Source of the DNA: Elsinoe ampelina
Taxonomy: Eukaryota
Direction of reading: 5' to 3'
DNA length: 64,000 nt
Assembly (NCBI GenBank): GCA_010093995.1
Contig: ML992514.1
Location: forward strand, 1-64,000
Shown: positions 1 through 9,959 of the stretch, piece after piece
How positions within the stretch are numbered: the first letter of the stretch is position 1
Layout: each line of letters starts with the position of its first letter
Position numbers and translations under genes: made by a program
Notes under the pieces: generated by a model
Databases searched by the model: none
What the model was told of the DNA's origin: nothing
The model's input: the letters and a program-made list of their open reading frames with translations, nothing else

Positions 1-354
1 AGGCGTTCCTAAGTGATCGAGCTGAAAGAGGTAACTAACGAGCGTCTCTTCTTCGGCCGGAGATAGTAACTGCTTCGGTAGATTACGTGTAGTACGTGAT
101 TGTCGGCCGTGAAGCCTATCTCGAAGCGTAGAAGGCGGAATCTTAAACGCGTCGGCAGCTTGTCGAATCGAGTCGTAAGTATCGTTCCGATAGCCTCAGA
201 GAGCAGCTTCAATATCTGCTTCAGAATACATATAAAACAGCTCGAAGAATGATGTTTGTCACGTAGGAAGAAGGAATAGTCACGAAGATTACGCGTTATA
301 TATATAGGGGCGTGCGCGAATTGTGGGGGTGCGCGACTCGTGGGTGGGTCACGT
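1..354 (-). mobile_element. 5' end of a Fot1/pogo-like (Tc1/mariner superfamily) DNA transposon, truncated by the window edge; transposase has an in-frame stop
   Basis: Minus-strand frame from ATG at 231 reads MYSEADIEAAL*GYRNDTYDSIRQAADAFKIPPSTLRDRLHGRQSRTTRNLPKQLLSPAEEETLVSYLFQLDHLGTP, the HTH-psq/CENP-B N-terminus of Fot1-type transposases. TGA at 196-198. Terminus ACGTGACCCACCCACGAGTCGCGCACC starts at 354, flanked by TA (355-356). Confidence 0.85.
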
Positions 355-503
355 TACATCAAGAAGAACAGTCGCCTTCGCCTAGCCACAAGATATGTTG
401 CCAAACTCCGCGCATCGACAAAAGACGTTCAAGCCAAGTTCGACCACCCTCTCGAAGCCTCGCTGCCGTTCGTCCTCACCGAAATTGGATTCACTAGAAG
501 GCC

Positions 504-1112
504 ATGGGCTCGACGATAAGTTACGAACACAAGAACCATCAAGAAGACTCCAACTTCCTCATGAACCTCTTCGAAGCTGCCTTCCTCGCTAGGTACCCAC
601 GCGCAGGCTATCGCGTTCGCTACCAGACGGTCTATGAGATCACCGACCCCTCTCATTCACGGCTAGCCGAACACATCTTCACCACCCTCGCCGGTGCCTA
701 TACCGAGCATGGCGGTTTCAACAACTTCTGGGCAGGGTGGTCAAACAAGCTCACCGAAAGAGCTTCTGCTGCATCCTACCAAGCAGCATACGAGCGTTAC
801 GGCAGATCCGGTCTGGTGGACAGAAACATGCACGACGAAGAACAGTGCACACAGCAATTGTACGAGCGAGCTCTGAATGCTCTGAAGATCTCCCACAAGC
901 GCAAAATCGTCGACGCTTACAACGATCTTCTGCTCGCAAGGTTCAGGCAGGTGCAGGACAAGCAGAATGAGCTGCATATCGCCAACAGGGAAGATGAGGC
1001 AGACCTGCGGCAGCTACCAAGGTCTTTCAGGCAGAAGCTGGCGAGGCTGGAAGCTGCCAGAGAGAAGGAAGACAAGCTGAGGACGAGCCTTGTTGCTCTT
1101 GCCAATCTGTAG
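504..1112 (+). CDS. Hypothetical 202-aa protein with helical/coiled-coil C-terminus and possible N-myristoylation motif (MGSTIS)
   Basis: Intact single-exon ORF with gene-like codon usage; no family recognised. Confidence 0.6.
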   Translation: MGSTISYEHKNHQEDSNFLMNLFEAAFLARYPRAGYRVRYQTVYEITDPSHSRLAEHIFTTLAGAYTEHGGFNNFWAGWSNKLTERASAASYQAAYERYGRSGLVDRNMHDEEQCTQQLYERALNALKISHKRKIVDAYNDLLLARFRQVQDKQNELHIANREDEADLRQLPRSFRQKLARLEAAREKEDKLRTSLVALANL

Positions 1113-3934
1113 GATAAAAGAAATGCTGATAGTGAGGCAATTGAATGTTCTTATCTGACTGCCACGACCCACAAATATTTGTGTGGCAGCCTTGCGGACG
1201 CGCTTGCCAGGCTGACGCGCCCGTCCAGGCTGACGCGACGCAAGTAGGAACGCGGCGCGGTAGAATTCTCTGCCACTTCACTGCCAACGAAGGAATGCCA
1301 CACACTCGCTCGGGATTGGAGGGAAATACTCAGCACATCTCAATTCGTCGAAATCACGATTTTTTTTTTCGAGCACTTTTTGTCCGATGACATGGGAGAA
1401 TGCTGGCACAGGGACGGAAAGCAGTCAGAGGACGAAGCGACGAAGTCGAGGGGCGCGGGCTTGCAGTAAGACTCCCAATGAACGCCATGAGAAATTGGCA
1501 GAAACCGAGAATAGATGATATTTGGCGTACCGTATGAAGTGACGGAATGGCGAATGGGAAGCTTGATCGAGTCCGGAATGTGGAGAGCTATAGCTTGAGC
1601 TCTGATCAGTTGTGGGTTGGGACGCCAGATGGGACACCAACACGGTCCGGCGGAGATGTGGTGCACTGTGCTTTTGGTTATTACTGGTCGGTTGTGAAAA
1701 GTCTTGCGGTTAGGAAACGAGCGGGCGTATCATCCCATGATTGTTTCAGAAGTTACGTCTGCTGGATTGAAGTCGAGGTCTGGCAGTGGGACCGACGAGC
1801 GTCAAGGGATTTTGGGGCACGACGAAGACAAACCTGAGAGGCAGCCGCGCTTGCTCAATTTCGAGGCAGTCACACCTGCAGGATAACTTGTTCCACAGAA
1901 GGCTGCTCTGCAAAGTCACTGTTTTGGACTCAACAGCATTATCCCGGAGCACATGTAGGTTGATGGAAGAGCTTTGACCAAGAATGATGAATATCCTTGG
2001 GCGAAGCGGCCGTCGATCAAAAATCTTTTTCAATAACTTATTTTGTGGTGAAGGTCGCGAAAAAATGCTGTTAAGTTGGACCATGGTATGCTTGGACAAC
2101 GGTAGGTGACTTGTCTGCCAAGCAGATTTTTCAAGCGGACGCTGGCAGCACAAAGTCAATAACGAGGGCCGGCGATGAGCTCTGCGCTCATCAGTAACTC
2201 CTGCGAGAGTGCCGGCCGAGAAGGACGCTTCCAGTGCATCCAGGAATGAGACGAATCATTGTGTTTCGAGGTGCTCACAATCAACACGAGCGCCAGCAAT
2301 GTGTCTGACGGAACGAGCTGGCGCCGACCACTTCTCGAGACTCACCCGAGGGCGCCGACGAGCGGATCCCGACTTTCACGGCCGCTCTGATGATTCACAG
2401 CCATAAGACCTCGATGAACATCCGCTTGACTGATCTTACGAATCAGAAAGCTGGCCTGTAATCTACGAAACAATGGAGAACCGGGCGGTCAAATTTCCTC
2501 GACAGGACGACTGGTCGCCAAAGCCGTGACCTTGGACCCGCTCAGCAGCACTGAATCGACCAGCCCCCGGCCGTTTTTTTTTTTCTCAACATGATCTTTG
2601 GCGGGCAGACATGCGCTCGATTCCTCTCATTCAGCTGCTTGAAATTTCACACGCTGCAGAGGTCATGCTTTGGCACAACAATCCAGACATGCGAAAGCGC
2701 CGGAGCACCACGGCCTCGTCAAAGGAGCGGCAACGATCGCGCTCTGTGAGACCACGCCGCCCTCCAACCCAACACGAACCACATATTTCGAGTTCCTGAA
2801 CTCGCAAGCACCCATTTTGATTTCCGCGCTCACTGCGTATGCATGAGTAATTCTTCCACGCGCAGATGAGGAGCTCGCTCTCAATTGAAAAGACAACATT
2901 CCTGCGAACTTTACCCCTTCGAAGCTCCACCTTTGACTCGCCAGCTTCCCGTCGCCAACTTCCCACCTTGGAAGTCCCCGCCGCCGGCTTCGCCAAGCAA
3001 TTGCTCTCCTCAGCCCACCAGCTCCTCCAGCCGTCACCCGTATAGCTCCTCGCTGCTGTTCCTCCATCGTCTCGCCGTGAATCATTCGCCCTCATTGCAC
3101 TGCATCGGTCCCGCTGCCCCTTTCGAGCTCTTCATTCACTCCTCGAGGGCCGTACAAGGGCAACGCCTATGATGCTACAATTGACAACGCAAGACTGCTC
3201 AACGCTTTTTCGAGATCAGCATTTCTGGGTGATCAATTCTGTGTATTTGACATTCTATATCTTGCACGGGGGCTCTGTAGCGTAAGAAACGCGTGAAAAC
3301 GCGTTCAAATGAGCTGCATCCTTCGATTCGTGGTCTTCTCGTTGCCTGGCGTGAAAAATTGGACCAGTTGGCATCCTCCGGCGAATTGATCTGATAACGG
3401 GATCTCGGTCCGTGATCCGGGCTTTGCCGTGCGGAGAAAAGACAGCGGGCATGTCCGATTGGCTGGGGTCGCCAAGCATCCACACCTCGTTCAACCAGCC
3501 TCGAAGCTGAATTTTTGCTCACTTGAGAGCACCGTCACGACGCACTCGACTGATCGACTCTACCGTCAAAGCTATCGATTCTATTCGACCATGACACTTG
3601 CACCGAATCTGGTCACGGGAAACACGAGATGGAAGCAAAACACGATTGCTTCGGGTCTATCAAGAGTACCGTAAGAGCTGGGACGGAGGACCCGACCTCC
3701 GGAACTGTCTCATAACTACACTACCACGACTCCTGGTCTGAGCCAAAAGCACTCTGAATCGAAAACCTGAGCCGTCAGGGACTCCGACCGCCATCTGGGT
3801 AATACCAGAAGCAGCAGCCTGGGTGCTGCTGTTCCAACTGTGCTGGTTTCTCAGTCGACATTCCCAGCCATCTGCTTATCTTCATTCCTGGAGCCCCTCA
3901 AGTCCCGACCTGTTGATCACTACCAGCGATAGCT

Positions 3935-6277
3935 TCAATCGAGATCCTGGGCTCCGTCAAACCCCATCTGCAGATCGCCATCTCTCTCGTCGGTTCCCTC
4001 GAAGCCCATGTGCATATCCTCATCTCCCTCCTGGGTTCCGTCGAAGCCCATGTGCGTATCTTCATCTCTATCCTGGGCTCCGTCGCGGTTCTGCTGGGTA
4101 CGAGCAAGGTCATCAGCCTGAGAAGCAGCCTGCGCACCACCACTAGCAGCCCGAGTACTACCAAAAGCGTCAGTGCTGGCAAGGCCGAAAGGGTTGGCGA
4201 AGGCAGTCGACGGCAAACCGGGGTCGCTCATGTTGATCTCGATGTTTCCGGCGGCGAGCCAAGCGTCACGTCTAGCATTGATCTGATCCTGACGGGCCCT
4301 CTCCTCTGGATAAGCATTGTTCCAGATCACAATCTTCTCATCCGTATTGCCTCGCACACACATCGAGGTCAACGAGCCCTGGTGATGCTCGCACACATGC
4401 CCGGCGTCTCCCGCTGCCTTGGTCCAGTTATGCTGACGCTCTTTGAACTTGGTGATGCACGAACAGTGCTCCGGAGTGTTGAGAGAAGCGAGGCTACGGC
4501 TGAGGCCGTTGCCTGTGGATCTATCAGTAAAGTCACGATACTGCCTGATGTGCCTCTTGACAGTCTCATCCAGAATACTGTCCTTCAACCAACGCTCGGC
4601 AATCGGGACAACGAGAGCAGGCATCTGGGGAAGCCTGGCGCGAGACATCGCATTATCCTGACCGAGTCCTGCGCGAGAGCCGCCTCGTGCTCCCCCACGA
4701 GCGCGCTTGGGTGGGCGGCCACGAGAACGTCCGGTGCTGGCATGTCTCGTCACACCGGGCACGACTGCTCCCCCGGAATCCGACGAATTGAGCAACGACG
4801 ACGGATTGTCTGTTTCAGTGGTCGGTTTCGCAGCTAATTTCTTACGACTGGCTGACGAGTCCTCTGGCTGCGAGGAAACCTGCATTGTATTGCTCTCTCG
4901 CGGCGCCATGAATCCCTGGAGTGCGCGTGAGGCTTCTTCCGCAACTTGACGATAGGCATCTTCTTGGGTTCGACGATGAGCATCTTCTCGGGATTGGCGT
5001 TCGACTTCCTGCTGGGCTTGAAGACGTGCTGCCGCTTCAGCTTGAAGACGTGCTGCCTCTTGGGCTTGAAGACGTGCTGCCTCTTGGGCTTGAAGACGTG
5101 CTGCCTCTTGGACTTGAAGATGTGCTTCTTCTTGGGGAGGACGAGGGACCTCCTCTAGGGGTCCGGCTGGGATCCTTTTTACCAGCTCCTCCACAATTGA
5201 TGCTGAGGCTCCTCCATGCGCATGGCCAATGGCAGCTCCGTGTGGTAGTGGTTGTGGGTCGTTCAGGGGCATTTCCTCGAGGTCATCCTCAACAAGTGGT
5301 GGGCTATCTTCTGGACCACGGCCTGATCCTCCCACGAGTTCTGACGGAAGGTAATCGCTCTTATCCTGGATGTCTTCGTCCCTGTCGGTCTGGCGGCCGG
5401 TGAACAGACCACTCCAAAACCCAGAGTTCTTAGGCTGGCGCGCTTGGTCGAGCTCCCTACGCAGTGTGCGCACAAGCTCTTCTGCAGCCATTGTGCGCCT
5501 CTGCATATTCATCAGAAGGGCCGTGTAGTCCGTGCTGGGCTGTTGCATTTTGTCCACAGTACCCTGCAGGTTGGCGACGCGTTCTTGTAGCCCAAACAGC
5601 GCCTCCGCTGTGAGTTTCTCCGCTTCCTCGCGGCTCTGATGAACTCCTTCTCCTTCGCCAACACAAGGGCAGGGGTTGACGATCTGGCTGGACTGGATTA
5701 GATCACGCAGCTTCTTAGGATCCAGAGCGCGTCCCACATCATCGAAGACATTCTCGAAGATCGCTTTGGTAAAGTCGCGAATCTCTCCATGGACGACTTC
5801 CTTTGCACGAACGTCATCAAACTTCTCAAGACTGATGGCGACCTCCTTCGTGGCTTTGTCGATTACGGCGCGAACCTTGTCATCTTGAGCATAGTCTTGG
5901 AGATTGGGCGCGATGCTGTCAGGCAGTACTTCGGCGACAGCGTCGTACACAGCATCTGCCAGGGTAGACTGAAGGGTGATGGTGACCTGCTGTCGGATTT
6001 GGCGCATCAGATTCTCGTCGACGTGAGTGATCAGTGAGTCTACAAAAGACCTAGTCGGCATCTCCGTCATCAGTCCATCGGCTAGATCGATCCAGAGCTG
6101 GTTGATGTTTTGATTGTCGCGGATCACGCCAGCGAGTCTTTCGAGGAGATCCTCTAGATCCTCACGACCTTGCTGCGACTGGACAGAAGGTATGCGCTGG
6201 GCCAGTCGCTCGTGTAGAGTGTCGTTCAAGGCGAGGAGTGTGCCAAGATTGGTGCGAAACCCTGCTGTATCCGCCAT
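3935..6277 (-). CDS. Hypothetical 780-aa protein: coiled coils, QAQEAARL repeats, AT-hook-like GRSRGRPPK, Cys/His cluster, acidic C-terminal repeats
   Basis: Long uninterrupted ORF; motifs read directly from the translation. Confidence 0.75.
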   Translation of the reverse strand: MADTAGFRTNLGTLLALNDTLHERLAQRIPSVQSQQGREDLEDLLERLAGVIRDNQNINQLWIDLADGLMTEMPTRSFVDSLITHVDENLMRQIRQQVTITLQSTLADAVYDAVAEVLPDSIAPNLQDYAQDDKVRAVIDKATKEVAISLEKFDDVRAKEVVHGEIRDFTKAIFENVFDDVGRALDPKKLRDLIQSSQIVNPCPCVGEGEGVHQSREEAEKLTAEALFGLQERVANLQGTVDKMQQPSTDYTALLMNMQRRTMAAEELVRTLRRELDQARQPKNSGFWSGLFTGRQTDRDEDIQDKSDYLPSELVGGSGRGPEDSPPLVEDDLEEMPLNDPQPLPHGAAIGHAHGGASASIVEELVKRIPAGPLEEVPRPPQEEAHLQVQEAARLQAQEAARLQAQEAARLQAEAAARLQAQQEVERQSREDAHRRTQEDAYRQVAEEASRALQGFMAPRESNTMQVSSQPEDSSASRKKLAAKPTTETDNPSSLLNSSDSGGAVVPGVTRHASTGRSRGRPPKRARGGARGGSRAGLGQDNAMSRARLPQMPALVVPIAERWLKDSILDETVKRHIRQYRDFTDRSTGNGLSRSLASLNTPEHCSCITKFKERQHNWTKAAGDAGHVCEHHQGSLTSMCVRGNTDEKIVIWNNAYPEERARQDQINARRDAWLAAGNIEINMSDPGLPSTAFANPFGLASTDAFGSTRAASGGAQAASQADDLARTQQNRDGAQDRDEDTHMGFDGTQEGDEDMHMGFEGTDERDGDLQMGFDGAQDLD
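3944..4085. repeat. 42-bp coding tandem repeat, about 3.4 copies (14-aa unit resembling DEDMHMGFEGTxEx)
   Basis: ATCCTGGGCTCCGTC occurs at 3944 and 4070 (3 x 42 bp apart) with aligned intermediate units. Confidence 0.85.
5014..5133. repeat. 24-bp coding tandem repeat, 5 copies (QAQEAARL-type unit)
   Basis: GGGCTTGAAGACGTGCTGCCTCTT repeated with few substitutions. Confidence 0.9.
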
Positions 6278-6687
6278 GGCTGTGGCGAGCTATCTCGACG
6301 GACTACCAGGTCGCTTGTATGGGGAGAGGAATATCAGTATGGCAAGAGTAGGATCGCGCCGGTGTGACTTAACGTCGTGCGAATGTGGTAAGTATCACAG
6401 TCGTGAGTTCTCTGCCAAATAATTTTCAACCTCGTTTTTGCTAAGACTGGGCCCTACTCGTCCCGTTTCACCGCCGAAACAGCAGCGACACCATTGACTT
6501 CTTGACTCCTCACAAAAATCATCCGGCAATTCACCACGAAAGCAGCGCAACGCACTGTGAATTCACAATCCCATACCAGCAGCGGAGGCGAGATTGACGA
6601 GTTCGAAGAGTACGAAGAGTACGAAGATGGCGAACAGCGGTCCGGGGGTGAGGTACCTGGGCAAGAAGACGATGTGTATCTTCGTAG

Positions 6688-7756
6688 ATGGAGGGACGAG
6701 CAGCAGAAATTTGCATGGAGGATGAAGGTTGCCCATCGTCAAAGGTGAGTGGCCACAGCCTCAAACGATGGTTGAGCTCAGTGCTGATTAGACCTCAGTC
6801 ACGATCCCTCCTAGGAGGTTCTCGGTAAATACTCTCAAGAAGATCTCGCCTCTTTCGCCGACCAGCAGATGCCACCTCGCGACTTTGAGGGGCGCGGCGC
6901 AGACCTTGCCGACCTTGAGCAGCGTGTGGACAAGGCTGCAGAAAAGCGAAACGTTCGCCGAGCCTATATCGACGGGGGTGAAATACCGGGTTCGCTACCG
7001 TGGCATGGTACCAGAATGAGTCAATGACTGATATAACTACCAGAAGACGGCATCACAGCCAGTGAAGCACGCTACGACACAATGAGGGCTGGCCTCCTTA
7101 CCCAGCTTGGTCTACCTACCACAATCGAATCCGACCTTGCGACCAGCAACGCCTCTGTCGACGCACTTCAGCAGCAAAAGGAGGCCTTAGAGGAGGAAAG
7201 AAACAATGCGTTGACCGAGATCAAGCGGCTACTCAAAGTCGAGCGTGAATTGAAAGAAGGTGTCAAAACAGCCAAGAACGCCGCTGGTCAAGCTGAAGCG
7301 AACATGAAGGAGGCCAACAAATACCGTATGCAGACCGAACAAAGCGTGGAAAAGCTGACCAAAGAGAGGGACGATGCTATCAATGCGAAAGATGCAGCTT
7401 TGGACCAGGTGAGGGACCTAAGAAGAGAAAAGGACGAGCTTTCGGGCAAACTGAGCCAACGCCAAAGCGAACTCAACAGAGCGCTGAACCATCGCCCTCT
7501 ATCGGACCCTCAACCCTACCAGAGTCCTCCCGGTGTACTCGCCATGAGGCGAGAGCGTGTGAGCGACGCGCCAAGACCAGTCCACTCGCAGATCGCAGAT
7601 CTCCGTCGCAAGCTCGACGCTCGGAGAGCGGACACTGCCGCGGCGGGTACAGGTGGCGGAGGTGGGGGCGGAGCTGCTGGTGGAGTTGCCGGTGGAGTTG
7701 CTAGCGCAGTTGCTGGTGGAGTTGCCGGCGGGGCTACTGGCAGAGCTACTAGCTGA
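6688..7756 (+). CDS. Hypothetical coiled-coil protein with Gly/Ala-rich tail; possibly pseudogenised; start uncertain
   Basis: ORF 7082-7756 extends upstream through putative introns 6745-6814 and 6990-7043. The Gly/Ala codon repeat continues in frame past the TGA at 7754-7756. Confidence 0.45.
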
Positions 7757-8200
7757 GCTGCTAGTGGAGCTGCTGGCGGAGGTGTTGGTGGAGGTGTTGG
7801 CGCAGGCGCTGGTAGGATCGCTGGCGAAAGGACTGGGGGAGATACGGCAAGACATGTCGCAGATGCAGCAGAGCCTCGTGCTGGATGGGGTAATGAGCAC
7901 CAAGCTAGCGATTGGCGTGGGCTGGATGCTGGCAAGAGGGTGGGCGAAAGGCATGACTGAGTCAGGAGGGTCAATGCAGGCGCAATTTTGTACGGAGGGA
8001 AGGGTAGACGTGGTGGGGACAAGCTGGTAGACGTAGTGGGAAAGGAGCTAGGGAGCACACTGGCGTAGATGATGGTCTTGGTGCTGTAATCGTTTCTCCG
8101 CTACTTGCAGGAGGTTCAACATTTTGCTCTACCCGATGACTAGTATGGTGTCCTTCACGGTGGTCGTGTTGTTAATCCTCGCGTATGTGAGCCCGGGACC

Positions 8201-8435
8201 AAGCGTGCAGCGTTCGCTGGTAGTATTTGTGACAGCTCTAGCACCGGAAGGGCAATTCGTTAGGGCAAAAAGGTGAGTGTCTGAGTAAGGCCGTCTAGGA
8301 GTAAGTGCGTAGCGTTTGCTGGTAGTATCTGTGACAGTCCCAGCACCGATGTGGCAAGGCGGCAAGAAAGGTGGATGTCTAGGTAGGATCGTGTAGGAAT
8401 AAGTGCGTGGCGTTTGCAGCACTAGAAGGGCAAGG
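8201..8435. repeat. Degenerate direct repeats with about 100-bp period
   Basis: AAGCGTGCAGCGTTCGCTGGTAGTATTTGTGACAGCTCTAGCACCG (8201), AAGTGCGTAGCGTTTGCTGGTAGTATCTGTGACAGTCCCAGCACCG (8303) and a partial copy at 8401. Confidence 0.7.
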
Positions 8436-8762
8436 TGTTTGGGCAAGAGAGAAATCCGGTGTCCAAATCATGATCCATGGGACTGTTGTTCAAGCATCAC
8501 CGCACTTTGAGCTCGAATCCCAGCTTACCAAGTACCCTGTACGCACATAATGCAGCGATTGAGAAATGCAGTCCAGAGGTCGAATGCTTTTTGAAAGGCA
8601 GCTGCTGACAAGAAGAGCCTCCCACGTCACCTTAGTGTAGATTTATCTGCAACCGTTATGTCCGTAGAGATCACGTCGACGACTTCTACAAAAAGGTAGA
8701 CGAATTCGGCTCCATAGACATAGGAGAGACCAGGGTAGAGCCTCCAACAACACTAGACGAGC

Positions 8763-8767
8763 AAAAA
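8763..8767 (-). terminator. RNA polymerase III terminator (T5) of the tRNA gene
   Basis: TTTGCTTTTT immediately 3' of the tRNA on the minus strand. Confidence 0.8.
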
Positions 8768-8772
8768 GCAAA

Positions 8773-8911
8773 TTCCGATGCGGGGAATTGAACCCCGGCC
8801 TTGTCGGTGCTTTCTCATGTGAGAATTGAGAGCGACAAACTTTGAACAGTTAGAGAGTGCTTCAATCAGCGTCAAGGGTTAACCTACTCCTAGCCACTAG
8901 ACCACATCGGA
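8773..8911 (-). tRNA. tRNA-Glu(CTC) with a canonical intron (8808-8826) and a 48-nt GT-AG insert (8840-8887)
   Basis: Spliced sequence TCCGATGTGGTCTAGTGGCTAGGA|TTTGTCGCTCTCA|CCGACAAGGCCGGGGTTCAATTCCCCGCATCGGAA. Acceptor stem TCCGATG/CATCGGA, D stem GTCT/GGAT, anticodon stem TGTCG/CGACA, T stem CGGGG/CCCCG; intact A and B boxes. Confidence 0.93.
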
Positions 8912-9959
8912 CAATGTTTGAGTTCAACACATGCAAGAGAAATATATATAGCAGCACGTTGATAGTTCCGAGAATCTTGGGCCTGGTGGGACTATCCATC
9001 CCGGGCCGCGGGTATGAGGGATCACTCCTAGCAGAGGACCTCGCAGCGTGCTTATCCTCTTTCTATGACAGAATCTCAGATCCCCAGGATGTCGAGCATA
9101 CCGGTGGAGTGGATGGTGTCGAGTATTGTTCCACATGCGGTATGGCAAATTCGCGGTCCAGGTGTTTCATTGTACAGGGGAACATGTGCAGGGCACCAAT
9201 GCCCCTCGGAGCGAGAACAAGGATAAGTTACGAGAGAGACTTACTGCAATACTGGTTACCAGTCAAGATGGCGCAGAGACGAAGGCAGCATGAAAGCTGG
9301 TGCGAGGTGAGGTCGTGGACCAGTCTTGGCGCACATTCTCCATTTCATTGGGGCCGTCTTCCTCTTCAGACCTTTACCACATTGCCCTAATTCTGCCTAG
9401 AGATCATCGCAGATTTTACTAGAATGGATGTCTATTGCTGCATATATCTCGCACATGACAGGCGCAATCTTGCTCGAAGGCCACGTCGAACCGTCATGCT
9501 CTACATTTATACTATCATGTCCATCTGGTAGCGGACTCACTCCAACACGTCGACACGTCGGGCCTCAGGGCATATTAGCAGCGACTCTGACACGATGCCT
9601 CTGGACGCTCGTACTGTATGCCTTACAGTAGCAGGCCATCTTGACCAACCGCGCTAGGCATCTCCGGTGACAGGTCGATCATGACGGCACAGCAATCTCG
9701 GAGTTCTACGAGATGCAATTCCACAGCCGTGGCGCGGTAGGTGAAGCGTGAACCATTGGGGAAGGAATTTTCTACAGAGCCATTTCGGGAGGTGCACTGA
9801 CTGCTGAGGCTCTAATGGTGCGACGCCACCAAATTGCACCCGCAGCTTACCGCGAAACACGAGCTCGGCTATAACCTATAACAAAGGGCATATTTCTAAA
9901 CAAAACTACAGACACATCCTACAGAGAAGAAACTCGCATTCTATCACAATAACGCCAAC

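Noticed and set aside
1145..3900. Many short ORFs and a 13-bp direct repeat (CCAGGCTGACGCG at about 1207 and 1225)
   Set aside because: I could not build a coherent gene model or RNA structure; may be a decayed gene.
8857..9390. 177-aa plus-strand ORF overlapping the tRNA
   Set aside because: Non-ATG start, antisense to the tRNA gene, no recognisable protein features.
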